Shown here: positions 1 to 10,046 of the stretch, piece after piece | How positions within the stretch are numbered: the first letter of the stretch is position 1 | Layout: every line of letters begins with the position of its first letter | NCBI GenBank assembly: GCA_965217775.1 | Contig: CBDCJH010000002.1 | Span: forward strand, 3,808,001 to 3,872,000 | Direction: 5' to 3' | Origin: Acidobacteriota bacterium | GTDB taxonomy: Bacteria > Acidobacteriota > UBA6911 > RPQK01 > JAJDTT01 | Length of the DNA: 64,000 bases | Notes under the pieces: model-generated | The model's input: the letters and a program-made list of their open reading frames with translations, nothing else | What the model was told of the DNA's origin: nothing | Database searches by the model: none | Translations under genes and position numbers: made by a program

Positions 1-351
1 GATCGATCTCAGCGAAGTCAGGCCGGAAAAATCCCCTTCCTTCAACTCCTTGATAGGATCCGGGTAGCCAACGAAAAAGCCGTTGAAGGGACCGTAAAGA
101 CTGAGGGAACCTTGAAACGCAGCCAGATGCTCCTCAGTCACATCGGCGCAATCGCTTACCCCTGGAATCCTTCTCACAATTTCGTCTCGGACTTCCGGAG
201 TCCGGTCGCAAACCGGAGTCACCCCGGGCATCTGGGCCATGGCCGGCACCGGGGCGGCCAATAGCAGGAACATGCCCAGGGTCGCGGCCGAAAAGAGAGA
301 CTGGGATCCCATGCGGGAAAGATGAGGAGTCCGTGGGGGGTGGGTCAACAT
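1..351 (-). CDS. Leucine-rich-repeat surface protein, N-terminal part (runs off the window start)
   Basis: Not in the ORF track. Manual translation gives MLTHPPR...MFLLLAAPVPAMAQ (signal-like), then VCDRTPEVRDEIV...VSDCADVTEEHLAA...IKELKEGDFSGLTSLRSI (Cys cap plus first LRR). GGAGG RBS lies upstream of the ATG at 351. Confidence 0.75.
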   Translation of the reverse strand, partial: MLTHPPRTPHLSRMGSQSLFSAATLGMFLLLAAPVPAMAQMPGVTPVCDRTPEVRDEIVRRIPGVSDCADVTEEHLAAFQGSLSLYGPFNGFFVGYPDPIKELKEGDFSGLTSLRSI

Positions 352-674
352 GTGATTTCGGTCCTCCGAGGGGGGGCGGCCCTGCTCAGAGAGGCGGGAG
401 GATCCTCCGAGCAGCATTTCAGCACGTTCGCGTTACTCAATAGGATGCGGGAATTGTCGATCATTTTGAACCGTACGGATTTCTCACGGGTTCTGAACCA
501 CCGTCGCCGTGGTGTTCCCGCACGTCTCGTGTTTCGGGCATTGTCCTGCAGTTGCACCGCGATGCTCACAAAAGGGAATGTGAGTTTTCCGTCCGAAATG
601 GCTCACCGAATCTCAAATTCATAGAAGCGCTCCCACCGGTTGGCGTCCGGCGAAGTCCCGGAAGGAAAAGGAGG

Positions 675-785
675 GGAGCGGCGGTTTCCAACCGCCGAAC
701 TCCCAAAGGGGCATGGGGGCAGGAGAGCATGGGGGAATGAGCGTAGGGGGGAACGGAAGAAGGGGGGACTACAAGTCCCCCCTCC
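675..785. repeat. GGAG-type REP-like palindrome pair (REPIN-like)
   Basis: GGAGCGGCGGTTTCCAACCGCCG (675-697) and an inverted partner hairpin GGGGGACTACAAGTCCCCC..TCC (762-785). Relatives occur at 4197, 11002, 17019 and 29496. Confidence 0.65.
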
Positions 786-991
786 GGCGCCTGGAAATCG
801 GGGATCGATTCTGTAAGACTGAGTTTTTTCTCAAGACTGTACGCTACCAATGAGCGCCACGGAGCCAACCCGGGACCTATCCAACCGGGAGTTCTGCCAG
901 GTTCCCCATAACTCTGGAGTCCGCATCCCTTGGGCCATCATTCCCCTGCCACCCGGGATGGCCTGGTTGATTCGATCGGGAGTGTCACGTC

Positions 992-3900
992 ATGCCGAAT
1001 AAGAGCTTTATCCGTTCTTGTCTTCCTGGCTTCGGGCGCTCTCTGCGTCAACCGGGAACCGCGGCCGCGCTGCTGCTGGCCGGCACCGTGCTGCTCCCCG
1101 CCCAGACCGACACCGGCACCATCCGCGGCTACGTCTACGATGAGACCCGGGCCGTCCTCCCCGGCGTCACCGTCACGGCCACCTACCAGGGCCGGGGCGT
1201 GATCCGGGACACCCTCACTTCAGATGTCGGCGAGTATGTTCTGAGCCGAGTCGATCCCGGCCTCTACACGCTCCGCTTCGAACTGCCCGGGTTCGCTCCC
1301 TTCGTAGTCCAGGATCTGGAGGTACTCGTAGGAGAGACCCAGACCTTCTCTCCGGAGATCGTGGTGGCCGCCGAGGAGATCGTCATCACGGCGGAGGCAA
1401 GGCGGATCGCCGTCGCCCGCGACAAGACCCAGCAGTCCAACCATATCGACTCGGCCAGCATCGAGGACCTCCCCATCAACCGCCGCGACTACCTGGACCT
1501 GGCCCTTCTCACGCCTGGAGTCGTGGACTCGAACTACGTGGCCGACGATCGTGACTTCCGCATCGCCCCGACACCCGCGTCCGGACTCGGCATCGGAGGG
1601 GGGGCCGGACGCGGCAACACCTTCACCATCGACGGACTGAACAACAACTACTCCACCGGCAGCGTTCGTTCCTCCATCAGCCAGGACGCGGTGCAGGAGT
1701 TTCAGGTCAACCGCAATTCATTCTCCGCGGAATTGGGCGGAGCGCCCGGCGGAGCCATCAACATCGTCACCAAGGGGGGCACCAACGATTTCCGGGGATC
1801 CGTCTTCGGAGTGCTCCGCAACCGCCGATTCCAGGCCCGCAACCACTTCGATCCGGCCGAGTCAGCCTACACCCGGGCTCAGAGCGGGGGGGCCTTCGGC
1901 GGTCCCATCCTGCGGGGAACGACGTTTTTCTACACCGCCTACGAACGCCTCGACCGCCACGAGTCGTCGTTCGTTCCGTTGCTCCGTGACAAGTCGTTTC
2001 TGTACGAACTGACGCCCTCGCAACAGGCTCTGGCCGACGGGATCGCCAGCGACTCGGCTCCACCCGCATTTGCGCCGCTGGCTCCGTTGGTCGGGTACCT
2101 TGCGGAGGCCCTGGTTCCGGGAAACTATCCCCACGTGGTTCGTCTGTTCGAAAGCAACAGCGGGGTGTTTCCGTTCTCGGAGGAACGGCAGCAGTTCATA
2201 ACCCGAGTCGACCACGCCATAGGGTCGGCGCACAAACTCTTCTTGCGGGGCAATTGGACGGGACTGAACAGCCAGAATACCAGCTTCGGTTCGTTGATCG
2301 CCCGCGACCGGGGCCGGAACAACGACCTGAACGATTTCTCGCTCGCAGTCGGCAACGCCTCGGTGATCAGCCCGGAGTGGATCAGCGAAACCTGGCTGGG
2401 GATCGGATACCACGACTTCGGCGTCTATCCCACCGACCCGCATGGACCCTCCATCGACATCAACGGATTCGGCTATTTCGGACGGGACCTCATCCTGCCG
2501 ACCCGGAACGTGGAACGGACGGGGCAGGCGCGGCAGAACTTCACGTACGTCTCCGGCCGGCATTCGGTCAAATTCGGCGCCGATTACAATCCACTGTACG
2601 ACCGGGCGCGGTCCGAAACCTTCTTCAGCGGGAAGTTCGTCTTTGGAGAGGCCATCCCGCTTTCGGTTCTGATCGACCAAGGGGCCGGGTACACCGTCGC
2701 CCCATTGCTCAAGGATCTGTTCAATTCGGTCGGGCGGCCCCAAATGGCTGCGGCGGTCGATGCTCCCATCTCCTCACTGCAGGCCTATGCGCTCGGCCTG
2801 CCCCTGGTCTACCAGCAGGGTTTCGGCGATCCTTTCTATAGCGGTTGGGCCCACACCTACGGCTTCTTCGTCGAGGACTCGTGGCGGGTCCATCAGAACT
2901 TCCTGCTGACCCTGGGGCTGCGCTACGAGCTCTTCCGCAAGGCGGATTTCCCCCGGGACAACAACAACTTCGGTCCCCGAATGGGATTTGCCTGGAGTCC
3001 CGATGCCAAGACCGTGATCCGAGGCGGCTACGGGATCTTCCACGCCCGGATCGACGGCCACGTCACCTTCATCAACGACCTGCTGGGAGAAAACGTCCAC
3101 CAGATCATTCAGGTCTTCATCCCTCTGAACGGCATCCCGGGAGTCAACAGCGCACTGACCGGAGAGCCCCTCAACTCGGCGGAAATCTACCATACGCTCT
3201 TGAACCGCGGCGTTCTGGGCCAGCGGCAGATCATGGCCGAGGACCTGGCCCTCCATGGATTCGTTCCGACTCCCGGACTGCCCTTTCACGTCCGGTTCCA
3301 GATCGCCGACGACATGGTGAATCCCTACTCCCAACAGGCGAGCCTCGAGATCCAGAGAGAGGCGGGAGGATTCGCCCTGTCGGCCGGATACAACTTCAAC
3401 CGGGGCGTCCACATCGTCCGTCCGCTTGACGTCAACCCCTACCAAGCCGGAACCAATGCCCTGGGACGCCCCATCATCGGTTTTCACAATCCAATCATCT
3501 TGCAGGACAACATCTACGGCAGTTGGTCCAATTCCTTCTACCACGCCCTGATCCTGCAACTGGAGAAACGCTTCTCGGAGGGTTTCCTGATCTCGGCGCA
3601 TCACACCTGGAGCAAGGCGATGGACGAGATCACCGATTACAACACCTCGTTCCAGCCGCATTTGCAATGGGACGCCGCGTCGGAATTGGCCTTGTCCTCC
3701 TACCATCGCGGGCACCGGTTCGTCGTCCGCTCCATGGCCCAGCTTCCCTGGAAGGCCGGCCGGGGAAAGGGCTTCGTCGACAACCTGCTCGGGGATCTCA
3801 CGATCTCCGGGATTGTCACGGCGCGCTCGTTCGCCCCGTTCAATCTCAATACGGGCTATGACAACGTCGGGGACCGCCACAACGACACCCACCGGCCCTG

Positions 3901-4189
3901 GGGCGTGGGCCGCAACGTGGGCATCGGACCCAACTTCTTCAGCGCCGACCTGCGCCTGAAGCGCCGGATCTCCGTCTTGGAGGACCTGAGCGTGGATGTC
4001 GTGGTCGAAGGATTCAACCTGCTCAACCGCACCAATTTCAAGCACGTCAACGGCACCGTCGGCCCGCTCACGCTGGAGCAGCTTCCGTCCTCGTACAAAG
4101 GGCGGCGGGGGCCGGTGACGGAGCCGTTCTCCTACACGTCGGCGTTCGCGCCGAGGCAGTTCCAGTTCTCTCTCCGCGTCAATTTCTAG
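992..4189 (+). CDS. TonB-dependent receptor, Oar-like, with carboxypeptidase-regulatory-like N-terminal domain
   Basis: GTIRGYVYDETRAVLPGVTVT N-domain; LPINRRDYLDLALLTPG plug motif; AVQEFQV..NSFSAELG; TKGGTNDFRGS; PRQFQFSLRVNF C-terminal beta-signal. Confidence 0.9.
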   Translation: MPNKSFIRSCLPGFGRSLRQPGTAAALLLAGTVLLPAQTDTGTIRGYVYDETRAVLPGVTVTATYQGRGVIRDTLTSDVGEYVLSRVDPGLYTLRFELPGFAPFVVQDLEVLVGETQTFSPEIVVAAEEIVITAEARRIAVARDKTQQSNHIDSASIEDLPINRRDYLDLALLTPGVVDSNYVADDRDFRIAPTPASGLGIGGGAGRGNTFTIDGLNNNYSTGSVRSSISQDAVQEFQVNRNSFSAELGGAPGGAINIVTKGGTNDFRGSVFGVLRNRRFQARNHFDPAESAYTRAQSGGAFGGPILRGTTFFYTAYERLDRHESSFVPLLRDKSFLYELTPSQQALADGIASDSAPPAFAPLAPLVGYLAEALVPGNYPHVVRLFESNSGVFPFSEERQQFITRVDHAIGSAHKLFLRGNWTGLNSQNTSFGSLIARDRGRNNDLNDFSLAVGNASVISPEWISETWLGIGYHDFGVYPTDPHGPSIDINGFGYFGRDLILPTRNVERTGQARQNFTYVSGRHSVKFGADYNPLYDRARSETFFSGKFVFGEAIPLSVLIDQGAGYTVAPLLKDLFNSVGRPQMAAAVDAPISSLQAYALGLPLVYQQGFGDPFYSGWAHTYGFFVEDSWRVHQNFLLTLGLRYELFRKADFPRDNNNFGPRMGFAWSPDAKTVIRGGYGIFHARIDGHVTFINDLLGENVHQIIQVFIPLNGIPGVNSALTGEPLNSAEIYHTLLNRGVLGQRQIMAEDLALHGFVPTPGLPFHVRFQIADDMVNPYSQQASLEIQREAGGFALSAGYNFNRGVHIVRPLDVNPYQAGTNALGRPIIGFHNPIILQDNIYGSWSNSFYHALILQLEKRFSEGFLISAHHTWSKAMDEITDYNTSFQPHLQWDAASELALSSYHRGHRFVVRSMAQLPWKAGRGKGFVDNLLGDLTISGIVTARSFAPFNLNTGYDNVGDRHNDTHRPWGVGRNVGIGPNFFSADLRLKRRISVLEDLSVDVVVEGFNLLNRTNFKHVNGTVGPLTLEQLPSSYKGRRGPVTEPFSYTSAFAPRQFQFSLRVNF

Positions 4190-4196
4190 GGGGACA

Positions 4197-4229
4197 GGGG
4201 CGGTGGCTTTCTCGCCGCCGAACTCCCAA
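4197..4229. repeat. GGAG-type REP-like element
   Basis: GGGGCGGTGGCTTTCTCGCCGCCGAACTCCCAA shares the hairpin and the CCGCCGAACTCCCAA tail with the copy at 675. Confidence 0.55.
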
Positions 4230-4243
4230 TGGGGGAATAGGCA

Positions 4244-6070
4244 ATGCCCAATATGGCGAGGACAGGCGGACGCTTCCCGCTGCTTGCGATCCTCCTCGCT
4301 TGGCTCCCTCTGCACTCACTGGGGAACACGGGCGACTCCATGAAGGAGCCCGAAGTATTGAGCGTATTCCCCCTGGGAGGACAGCAGGGGACGACCCTGG
4401 AAGTGCAGATGCGGGGCAAGAACCTGGGGGGAACCTATGCCGTCTGGCTTGACGGCGGGGACTTCAAGGCTCGCGTCGACCGGATCGAGGAGACCGACCT
4501 GAGGGAATACGACCTGGTCACGAAAGCATGGAAGAACCAACCCGGGTATCGGGTGTCGATGCAGTTGGAAATCGACGGGAGCGTCGAAGCCGGGACCTAT
4601 GCGATCCGGGCGGTCTCTCCGCAAGGGGTTTCGAACGCGTTGCCGTTTCGAGTCACTTCCCATCCCGTCCTGACCGAAACCGGAGACCCGCATCAGACCC
4701 CGGGGGCGGCGCAGGAGTTGCGGTTCCCGGTCGTGGTCAACGGGAAGATCAGCCGGGGGGGTGAGCTGGACTTTTACGGATTCGATGCCGGCGAGGGCCA
4801 GGAGCTGACCTTCGAGGTGGTCTCCCATTTGGGGATCGAACCGACACTGACGCTGTACGAACCGACCGGGAGCTGGTTTGATCCGAATCGCGTCCGGGAG
4901 TTGGCGTTCCACCTGGGACGCCTGGGCACACCCGCCACCCTCCACACGTTCGACCGCATGCCCAATTACGAGAAGCCGCGCCTGACCTACCGGTTCAGCC
5001 GAAAGGGACACTACCTGATCCAGGTGGGAGCCCATTTGAGTAAGGGCGGTCCCGACTGTCCCTATCAGTTCCGAATCTCCCTGGCCGATCCGAGGGTGAC
5101 CCGGCCCCTGGAGAGCGGATCGGTGCAGGGATTACCGTCCAGTTGGGCAGAATTTTCCCGAGAACTCGAACCGGATCGCCTGGAGCGGCTCTGGTCCAGA
5201 ACTGTCCGGGAGACGGCGGATCCTTCCACTCCCGCCGCTGGGCTCCCTCGTCTCGTGGAAGCGGAACCCAACCCGTCGGCCGGCCAGGCCCAGGAGGTCG
5301 CCGTGCCGTCGATCATCGAGGGATCGATCGACCGTCCCGGCGACGTCGACAACTACCGTTTCAAGGTCCGGGACGGAACGAAGTTGGCGTTCGAGATCGA
5401 GACACCGGACGTGACGCCTCCCTTCTTCAATCCACGTCTCACGGTCCTGGATGCGGAGGGCAACGAGTCCTTCAACAACATCTTCCGCAGGCTGGGGCGG
5501 CAGTTTCAGTTCTACAGCAAGACGGTGGAGGCCAAAACGCTCCACACCTTCGAGTCGGGAGGAGAATTCACGCTGCAGGTTCGCGACATCACTTCCCGCC
5601 AGGGTGACCCCAGCTTCGTCTACCGGCTGCTGATCCGTCCGCAGATTCCCCATATGGGCGACATCGAGTTGAAGGACGACCGGGTCAACCTGAGGGCGGG
5701 AACGGCCGGAAAACTAACGGTCATCACCGACCAGGAGGAAGGTTTCGGCGGGGAGATCGTTCTGAGCATAAAGAATCTTCCTACCGGTGTGGAGGCCCTG
5801 CCCGGCACGGAACTGGAGCCCGAAAAGGGAATCAATCCGGACGAGGGTCCCAAGGAACGGTTCGTGCCCAAGAGCCAAAAGGCCACGGTGCTGCTGGTGG
5901 CCCGCGAAGACGCTCCGGCCACGCCCATGCCCCAGATGATTCGGATCATGGCGCGCCCCGTTGTTGGTGGATCGCTGGGCCCGTCGCAGTTGGTCCGGGA
6001 GGTGCCCGTGATGGTGGTGAAGCGCCAGGAACAGGTGTTGGCCGGAACGAGGGAGGAAGAAACCCCGTGA
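4244..6070 (+). CDS. PPC (pre-peptidase C-terminal) domain protein, planctomycete-type
   Basis: Signal peptide; SVFPLGGQQGTTLEV; GVSNALPFRV; repeated GxIxxxGxxDxYxF motifs (NGKISRGGELDFYGF, EGSIDRPGDVDNYRF); adjacent to DUF1549/DUF1501 genes. Confidence 0.8.
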   Translation: MPNMARTGGRFPLLAILLAWLPLHSLGNTGDSMKEPEVLSVFPLGGQQGTTLEVQMRGKNLGGTYAVWLDGGDFKARVDRIEETDLREYDLVTKAWKNQPGYRVSMQLEIDGSVEAGTYAIRAVSPQGVSNALPFRVTSHPVLTETGDPHQTPGAAQELRFPVVVNGKISRGGELDFYGFDAGEGQELTFEVVSHLGIEPTLTLYEPTGSWFDPNRVRELAFHLGRLGTPATLHTFDRMPNYEKPRLTYRFSRKGHYLIQVGAHLSKGGPDCPYQFRISLADPRVTRPLESGSVQGLPSSWAEFSRELEPDRLERLWSRTVRETADPSTPAAGLPRLVEAEPNPSAGQAQEVAVPSIIEGSIDRPGDVDNYRFKVRDGTKLAFEIETPDVTPPFFNPRLTVLDAEGNESFNNIFRRLGRQFQFYSKTVEAKTLHTFESGGEFTLQVRDITSRQGDPSFVYRLLIRPQIPHMGDIELKDDRVNLRAGTAGKLTVITDQEEGFGGEIVLSIKNLPTGVEALPGTELEPEKGINPDEGPKERFVPKSQKATVLLVAREDAPATPMPQMIRIMARPVVGGSLGPSQLVREVPVMVVKRQEQVLAGTREEETP

Positions 6071-8619
6071 GGGAACGTTCCCTGCCGAATCTGATCCTCG
6101 CCGCCTGGATCCTCGTCTCTACGGCCCAGGCCGCCCCGCCGCCGGGAAAGCCGGCAGTGAGCCTCGAGTCTCCCCTTTCGATACGGCTGGTGCCCCAGGA
6201 CGTGAGGCTCTGGGGCTCGCAGGCGGCCCAGCGTTTCCTGGTCCTGGGGAAATTCGCCGACGGTCTGGAACGGGACCTGACCTCACGGGGCCGTTTTTCC
6301 GTTTCCGATCCGGAAGTGGCGAGCGTGGAGGCAACCGGACGGGTATCGGCCCTCGCCGACGGGCAGACCCGATTATGGGTGGAAGCGGCCGGCCGCACGG
6401 TGCACGCCACCATTCGCGTGGAGGGCTCGGGAGAAACCCGGCCCTTCAGCTTCGACCGGGTGATCGGCGGAATCCTGACCCAGAAGGGGTGCAACGACAG
6501 CGGCTGTCACGGCAGCGTGAAGGGGAGGGGAGGATTGAAACTCTCCCTGAACGGGCTCTATCCCGAACAGGACTACCAGTGGATCGTGGGCGGCGGCGTC
6601 TATCAGGTCCTGAGCCCCGAGTCAGGTGGGCCCAGGGTGCCGCGCGTCAATTTGCAGGATCCGGAAAAGAGCCTCTTGTTGCTAAAGCCCACCTTCAGTG
6701 TCCCCCACGGAGGCGGAGAGCGTTTCGCGGAGGATTCCCTGCACTACCGGAGGATTCTGAACTGGGTTCGGAAAGGGGCGCCCTACGGGGAGGAAGGCGC
6801 CGCCGAGAGCATCAGGATCGAGCGACTGGAAGTCTATCCCCAGTGGGTGGTTCTGGATCTGCAGGGAACCCAACAACTGCTGGTGACGGCGCACCTCTCG
6901 AACGGCCGCCGGGAAGATCTCAGCGGCGAGGTGCTCTACGTCTCGAATGATCCGGGCGTGGTGAGCGTGAGCCCGGAAGGCCTGGTCAAAGCCGGGAAGA
7001 GGGGGGAGACGGCGGTGATGATTCGGGCTGCGGGGCACGAGGTCAGCGCCGGTTTCGGCGTGATCGCCGAGCCCTTCGCGGACTACCCGGAGGTGCCGCG
7101 CCGGAACTTCATCGACGGTTACGTGTTCGCCAAACTGCGCCAGCTCAACATCCTGCCCTCGGAACTTTCCAGCGCTGAGGAGTTCCTGCGGCGGGTGTGC
7201 CTGGATCTGACCGGCACCTTGCCGCCGCCGGGCCGGGTGCGGGAATTCCTGGCCGACCCCGATCCGGACAAACGGGACAAGCTGATCGAGATTCTGCTGG
7301 ATTCTCCCGAGTACATCGACTATTGGACCTTTCGTTTCGCCGAGCTCTTTCGGGTCAGCTACGAGAACGGGGGAGACGCCGGCATCTATCCCCTGCTCTA
7401 TTGGCGATGGATCCGGGAGGCCATCGCGCAGGACAAACCCTACGACCAGGTGGCGCGCGAGCGGCTGGCCGCGCAGGGATACGACGGCCCCACGCGGCAC
7501 TACTTCAACGGTTCGGACCTGCGGCGCCCGACGGACGTGATGGCCGAGCAGGTCCGGGTCTTCTTCGGCCGGCGCCTGGACTGCGCCCAGTGTCACGACC
7601 ATCCCTACGAGTCCTGGAGCCAGAATCAGTTCTGGGGGATGACCGCTTTCTTCGGCCGGGTCACGCAGTTGGGACAACTGAGTCACACTCCGCCTGGCGT
7701 GGTCATCGACGATCCCGCCGGGCACGGACTCTACGGCCAGGGAGAGAAGGTGATCCACCCGCGCACCAAGGAGGAGGTCCCCCCGCGATACCTGGACGGC
7801 ACCCTCTTGGCGGAAGACGAACTGAGCGACCCGCGGACTCCGCTGGCATCCTGGATGACCTCTCATCCTCACTTTGCCGAAGCCGCCGTGAACCGGATCT
7901 GGGGGAATTTCTTCGGCCGGGGGATCGTCGATCCGGTGGACGACTTCCGCTCCAGCCGCCAGCCGACCCATCCCCGGCTGCTGAAGGCCCTGGCCCGTGA
8001 CTTCGTGGAACACGGCCACGACCTGAAACATCTGATCCGATTGATCGTCCGGTCCCGGACCTACCAGCTTTCCGGCACCCCCAACCAGACCAACCGGGAC
8101 GACCGGATCAATTATTCCCGAGCCTGGTCCCGGCCGCTGGACGCGGAAGTGCTCCTGGACGCCATCTCTCAGGTGGCCGGCGTCCCCGAGGAGTTCAAGA
8201 ACGGGACCGGAATGCCCATGCCTCCCGGGACGCGCGCCCTGAACCTGGACCGGCCGCATATGTTTCCCTCCCGGTTCCTGGACATGTACGGACGAACCGA
8301 CCGTCAGAAGGTGCCGGAGCGAAGAGTCGAGGCGAACGTGGAACAGGGCCTGCATCTGCTGGCGGGTCCGACTTACACCAGCAAGCTTTCCAAGCAGGGG
8401 GGACGGATCGACCGGTTTCTTGAGAGTGGCGCTTCGGACCGGGAGGTCATCGAGGAACTCTCCCTGGCGGGGCGTTCCCGGTTCCCTACTCCCCGGGAGC
8501 AGGCCGCTCTGGAGAGGATGATCGCGACCAGGATCGAGGGGGGATCTTCCCGCCGGCAGGCGCTGGAGGCTCTGCTCTGGGGGCTCGTCGCTTCCCGGGA
8601 ATTTGCCTACAACCACTGA
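6067..8619 (+). CDS. DUF1549/DUF1553 (PSD1) domain protein with Ig-like repeats and c-type heme-like motifs
   Basis: CNDSGCHG..KGRGGLKLSL; NFIDGYVFAKL; FLRRVCLDLTGTLP; CAQCHDHPY; VNRIWGNFFGRGIVDPVDDF; THPRLL..LA; SREFAYNH C-terminus. Confidence 0.9.
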   Translation: MRERSLPNLILAAWILVSTAQAAPPPGKPAVSLESPLSIRLVPQDVRLWGSQAAQRFLVLGKFADGLERDLTSRGRFSVSDPEVASVEATGRVSALADGQTRLWVEAAGRTVHATIRVEGSGETRPFSFDRVIGGILTQKGCNDSGCHGSVKGRGGLKLSLNGLYPEQDYQWIVGGGVYQVLSPESGGPRVPRVNLQDPEKSLLLLKPTFSVPHGGGERFAEDSLHYRRILNWVRKGAPYGEEGAAESIRIERLEVYPQWVVLDLQGTQQLLVTAHLSNGRREDLSGEVLYVSNDPGVVSVSPEGLVKAGKRGETAVMIRAAGHEVSAGFGVIAEPFADYPEVPRRNFIDGYVFAKLRQLNILPSELSSAEEFLRRVCLDLTGTLPPPGRVREFLADPDPDKRDKLIEILLDSPEYIDYWTFRFAELFRVSYENGGDAGIYPLLYWRWIREAIAQDKPYDQVARERLAAQGYDGPTRHYFNGSDLRRPTDVMAEQVRVFFGRRLDCAQCHDHPYESWSQNQFWGMTAFFGRVTQLGQLSHTPPGVVIDDPAGHGLYGQGEKVIHPRTKEEVPPRYLDGTLLAEDELSDPRTPLASWMTSHPHFAEAAVNRIWGNFFGRGIVDPVDDFRSSRQPTHPRLLKALARDFVEHGHDLKHLIRLIVRSRTYQLSGTPNQTNRDDRINYSRAWSRPLDAEVLLDAISQVAGVPEEFKNGTGMPMPPGTRALNLDRPHMFPSRFLDMYGRTDRQKVPERRVEANVEQGLHLLAGPTYTSKLSKQGGRIDRFLESGASDREVIEELSLAGRSRFPTPREQAALERMIATRIEGGSSRRQALEALLWGLVASREFAYNH

Positions 8620-8663
8620 TTTCCATAGGATCGAGAAACAACGAGATTCCAAGGAAGACGTCG

Positions 8664-9998
8664 ATGAAGTCCCCTGGCTGTTCGCATTGCGCGGGGCCCG
8701 GCCGCCGCGATTTTCTCCGGGTGGGCTCCCTGAGCCTGCTGGGAGTCAGCTTGAGTCAATACCTCGAGCTCCGGAGCGTGATGGCCGCGGTGAACAAGGA
8801 TCGTCCCGCCCGCCAAGCCAAAGCCCAGGCCTGCATCCTGCTCATGTTGGAGGGGGGTCCGGGCCAGATGGACACCTGGGACCCCAAGCCCAACAGCAAC
8901 TTCAAGCCGATCTCGACCAACGTTGCCGGGATCCGGATCTCCGAGCTCTTCCCCAAGGTGGCCCGCCACATGGAGAAGTTGTCCATCATCCGGTCCATGC
9001 AGACGGAAGAGGTCGATCATCCCCAGGGCACGCACTACGTGTTGACGGGTCACCGGCCCAACGCCGCCATGCAATTTCCCAGCCTCGGCTCCATCATCGC
9101 CAAGGAGATGGGACCTCGGAGATCGCTGCCCCCCTATGTGATCGCCCCCGATATCACGACCGAGCAACATCGGAACTATTACCGGTCCGCGTTCCTGGGT
9201 CCCCGATACGACCCGCTGCGGCTGGGCGACCCCAACCAGCCGGACTTTCGGGTCGCGGATCTGAACCTGCCAAAATCGATCTCGGTGGAACGGATCGAGG
9301 AGCGGCGTTCCTTTCTGAAGGTCTGGGACGCGCTCTACCGGCAGAAGGAGGAGATCGCCGAATACGGCAACCTGGATTCCTTCACCGACCAGGCACTGCA
9401 GATGATCCTGTCGCCGGACGTGAGGAACGCCTTCGACATCTCTCAGGAGCCGGACAAGCTGAGAGACAGGTACGGCCGGCACCCCTTCGGCCAGAGCGTC
9501 CTGCTGGCCCGGCGGCTGGTGGAGTCGGGAACCCGGTTCGTGACCGCCGCGGGCTACAAGGCCAGTTGGGACACTCACAGCAACAACGACAAGAGCCTGC
9601 GCGACAAGCTGGCCCCGCCGCTGGATCAGGCCCTTTCGACGCTGTTGTGGGATCTGGACCAGCGGGGAATGCTGGAATCGACCATCGTCATCGCCATGGG
9701 GGAGTTCGGCCGCACTCCCCACATCAACCCGGTTCTCGGGCGCGACCATTGGCCCCATTGCTGGTCGCTGATCCTGGGAGGAGGCGGCATCCAGGGCGGG
9801 CAGATCATCGGCGCCAGCGACGACCGGGGCGCCCACGTGGCCGAGCGGATGGTGACCATGGGGGACGTGTTCGCCACCCTCTACAAGGCGTTTGGAATCG
9901 ACTGGACCAAGACCTACATGCATCCCATCGGCCGGCCCGTCAAGATCGCCAATTCCATCGGCGACAAGCAGGGGGTTCCGATTTCGGGACTGGTCTGA
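8664..9998 (+). CDS. DUF1501 domain protein (Tat-exported)
   Basis: RRDFLRVG Tat motif; GGPGQMDTWDPKP; LLARRLVESG; WDTH; MGEFGRTP; GRDHWP. Confidence 0.92.
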   Translation: MKSPGCSHCAGPGRRDFLRVGSLSLLGVSLSQYLELRSVMAAVNKDRPARQAKAQACILLMLEGGPGQMDTWDPKPNSNFKPISTNVAGIRISELFPKVARHMEKLSIIRSMQTEEVDHPQGTHYVLTGHRPNAAMQFPSLGSIIAKEMGPRRSLPPYVIAPDITTEQHRNYYRSAFLGPRYDPLRLGDPNQPDFRVADLNLPKSISVERIEERRSFLKVWDALYRQKEEIAEYGNLDSFTDQALQMILSPDVRNAFDISQEPDKLRDRYGRHPFGQSVLLARRLVESGTRFVTAAGYKASWDTHSNNDKSLRDKLAPPLDQALSTLLWDLDQRGMLESTIVIAMGEFGRTPHINPVLGRDHWPHCWSLILGGGGIQGGQIIGASDDRGAHVAERMVTMGDVFATLYKAFGIDWTKTYMHPIGRPVKIANSIGDKQGVPISGLV

Positions 9999-10046
9999 CC
10001 CAAATTTCTCCCCTGCAGGTTACTATCCATCCAGGAAAGAAGTCCG

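Noticed and set aside
352-991. Possible riboswitch (e.g. cobalamin) upstream of the first TBDR
   Set aside because: No recognisable B12-box, TPP or other aptamer core; the visible hairpins are explained by REP-like elements. An Rfam scan would settle it.
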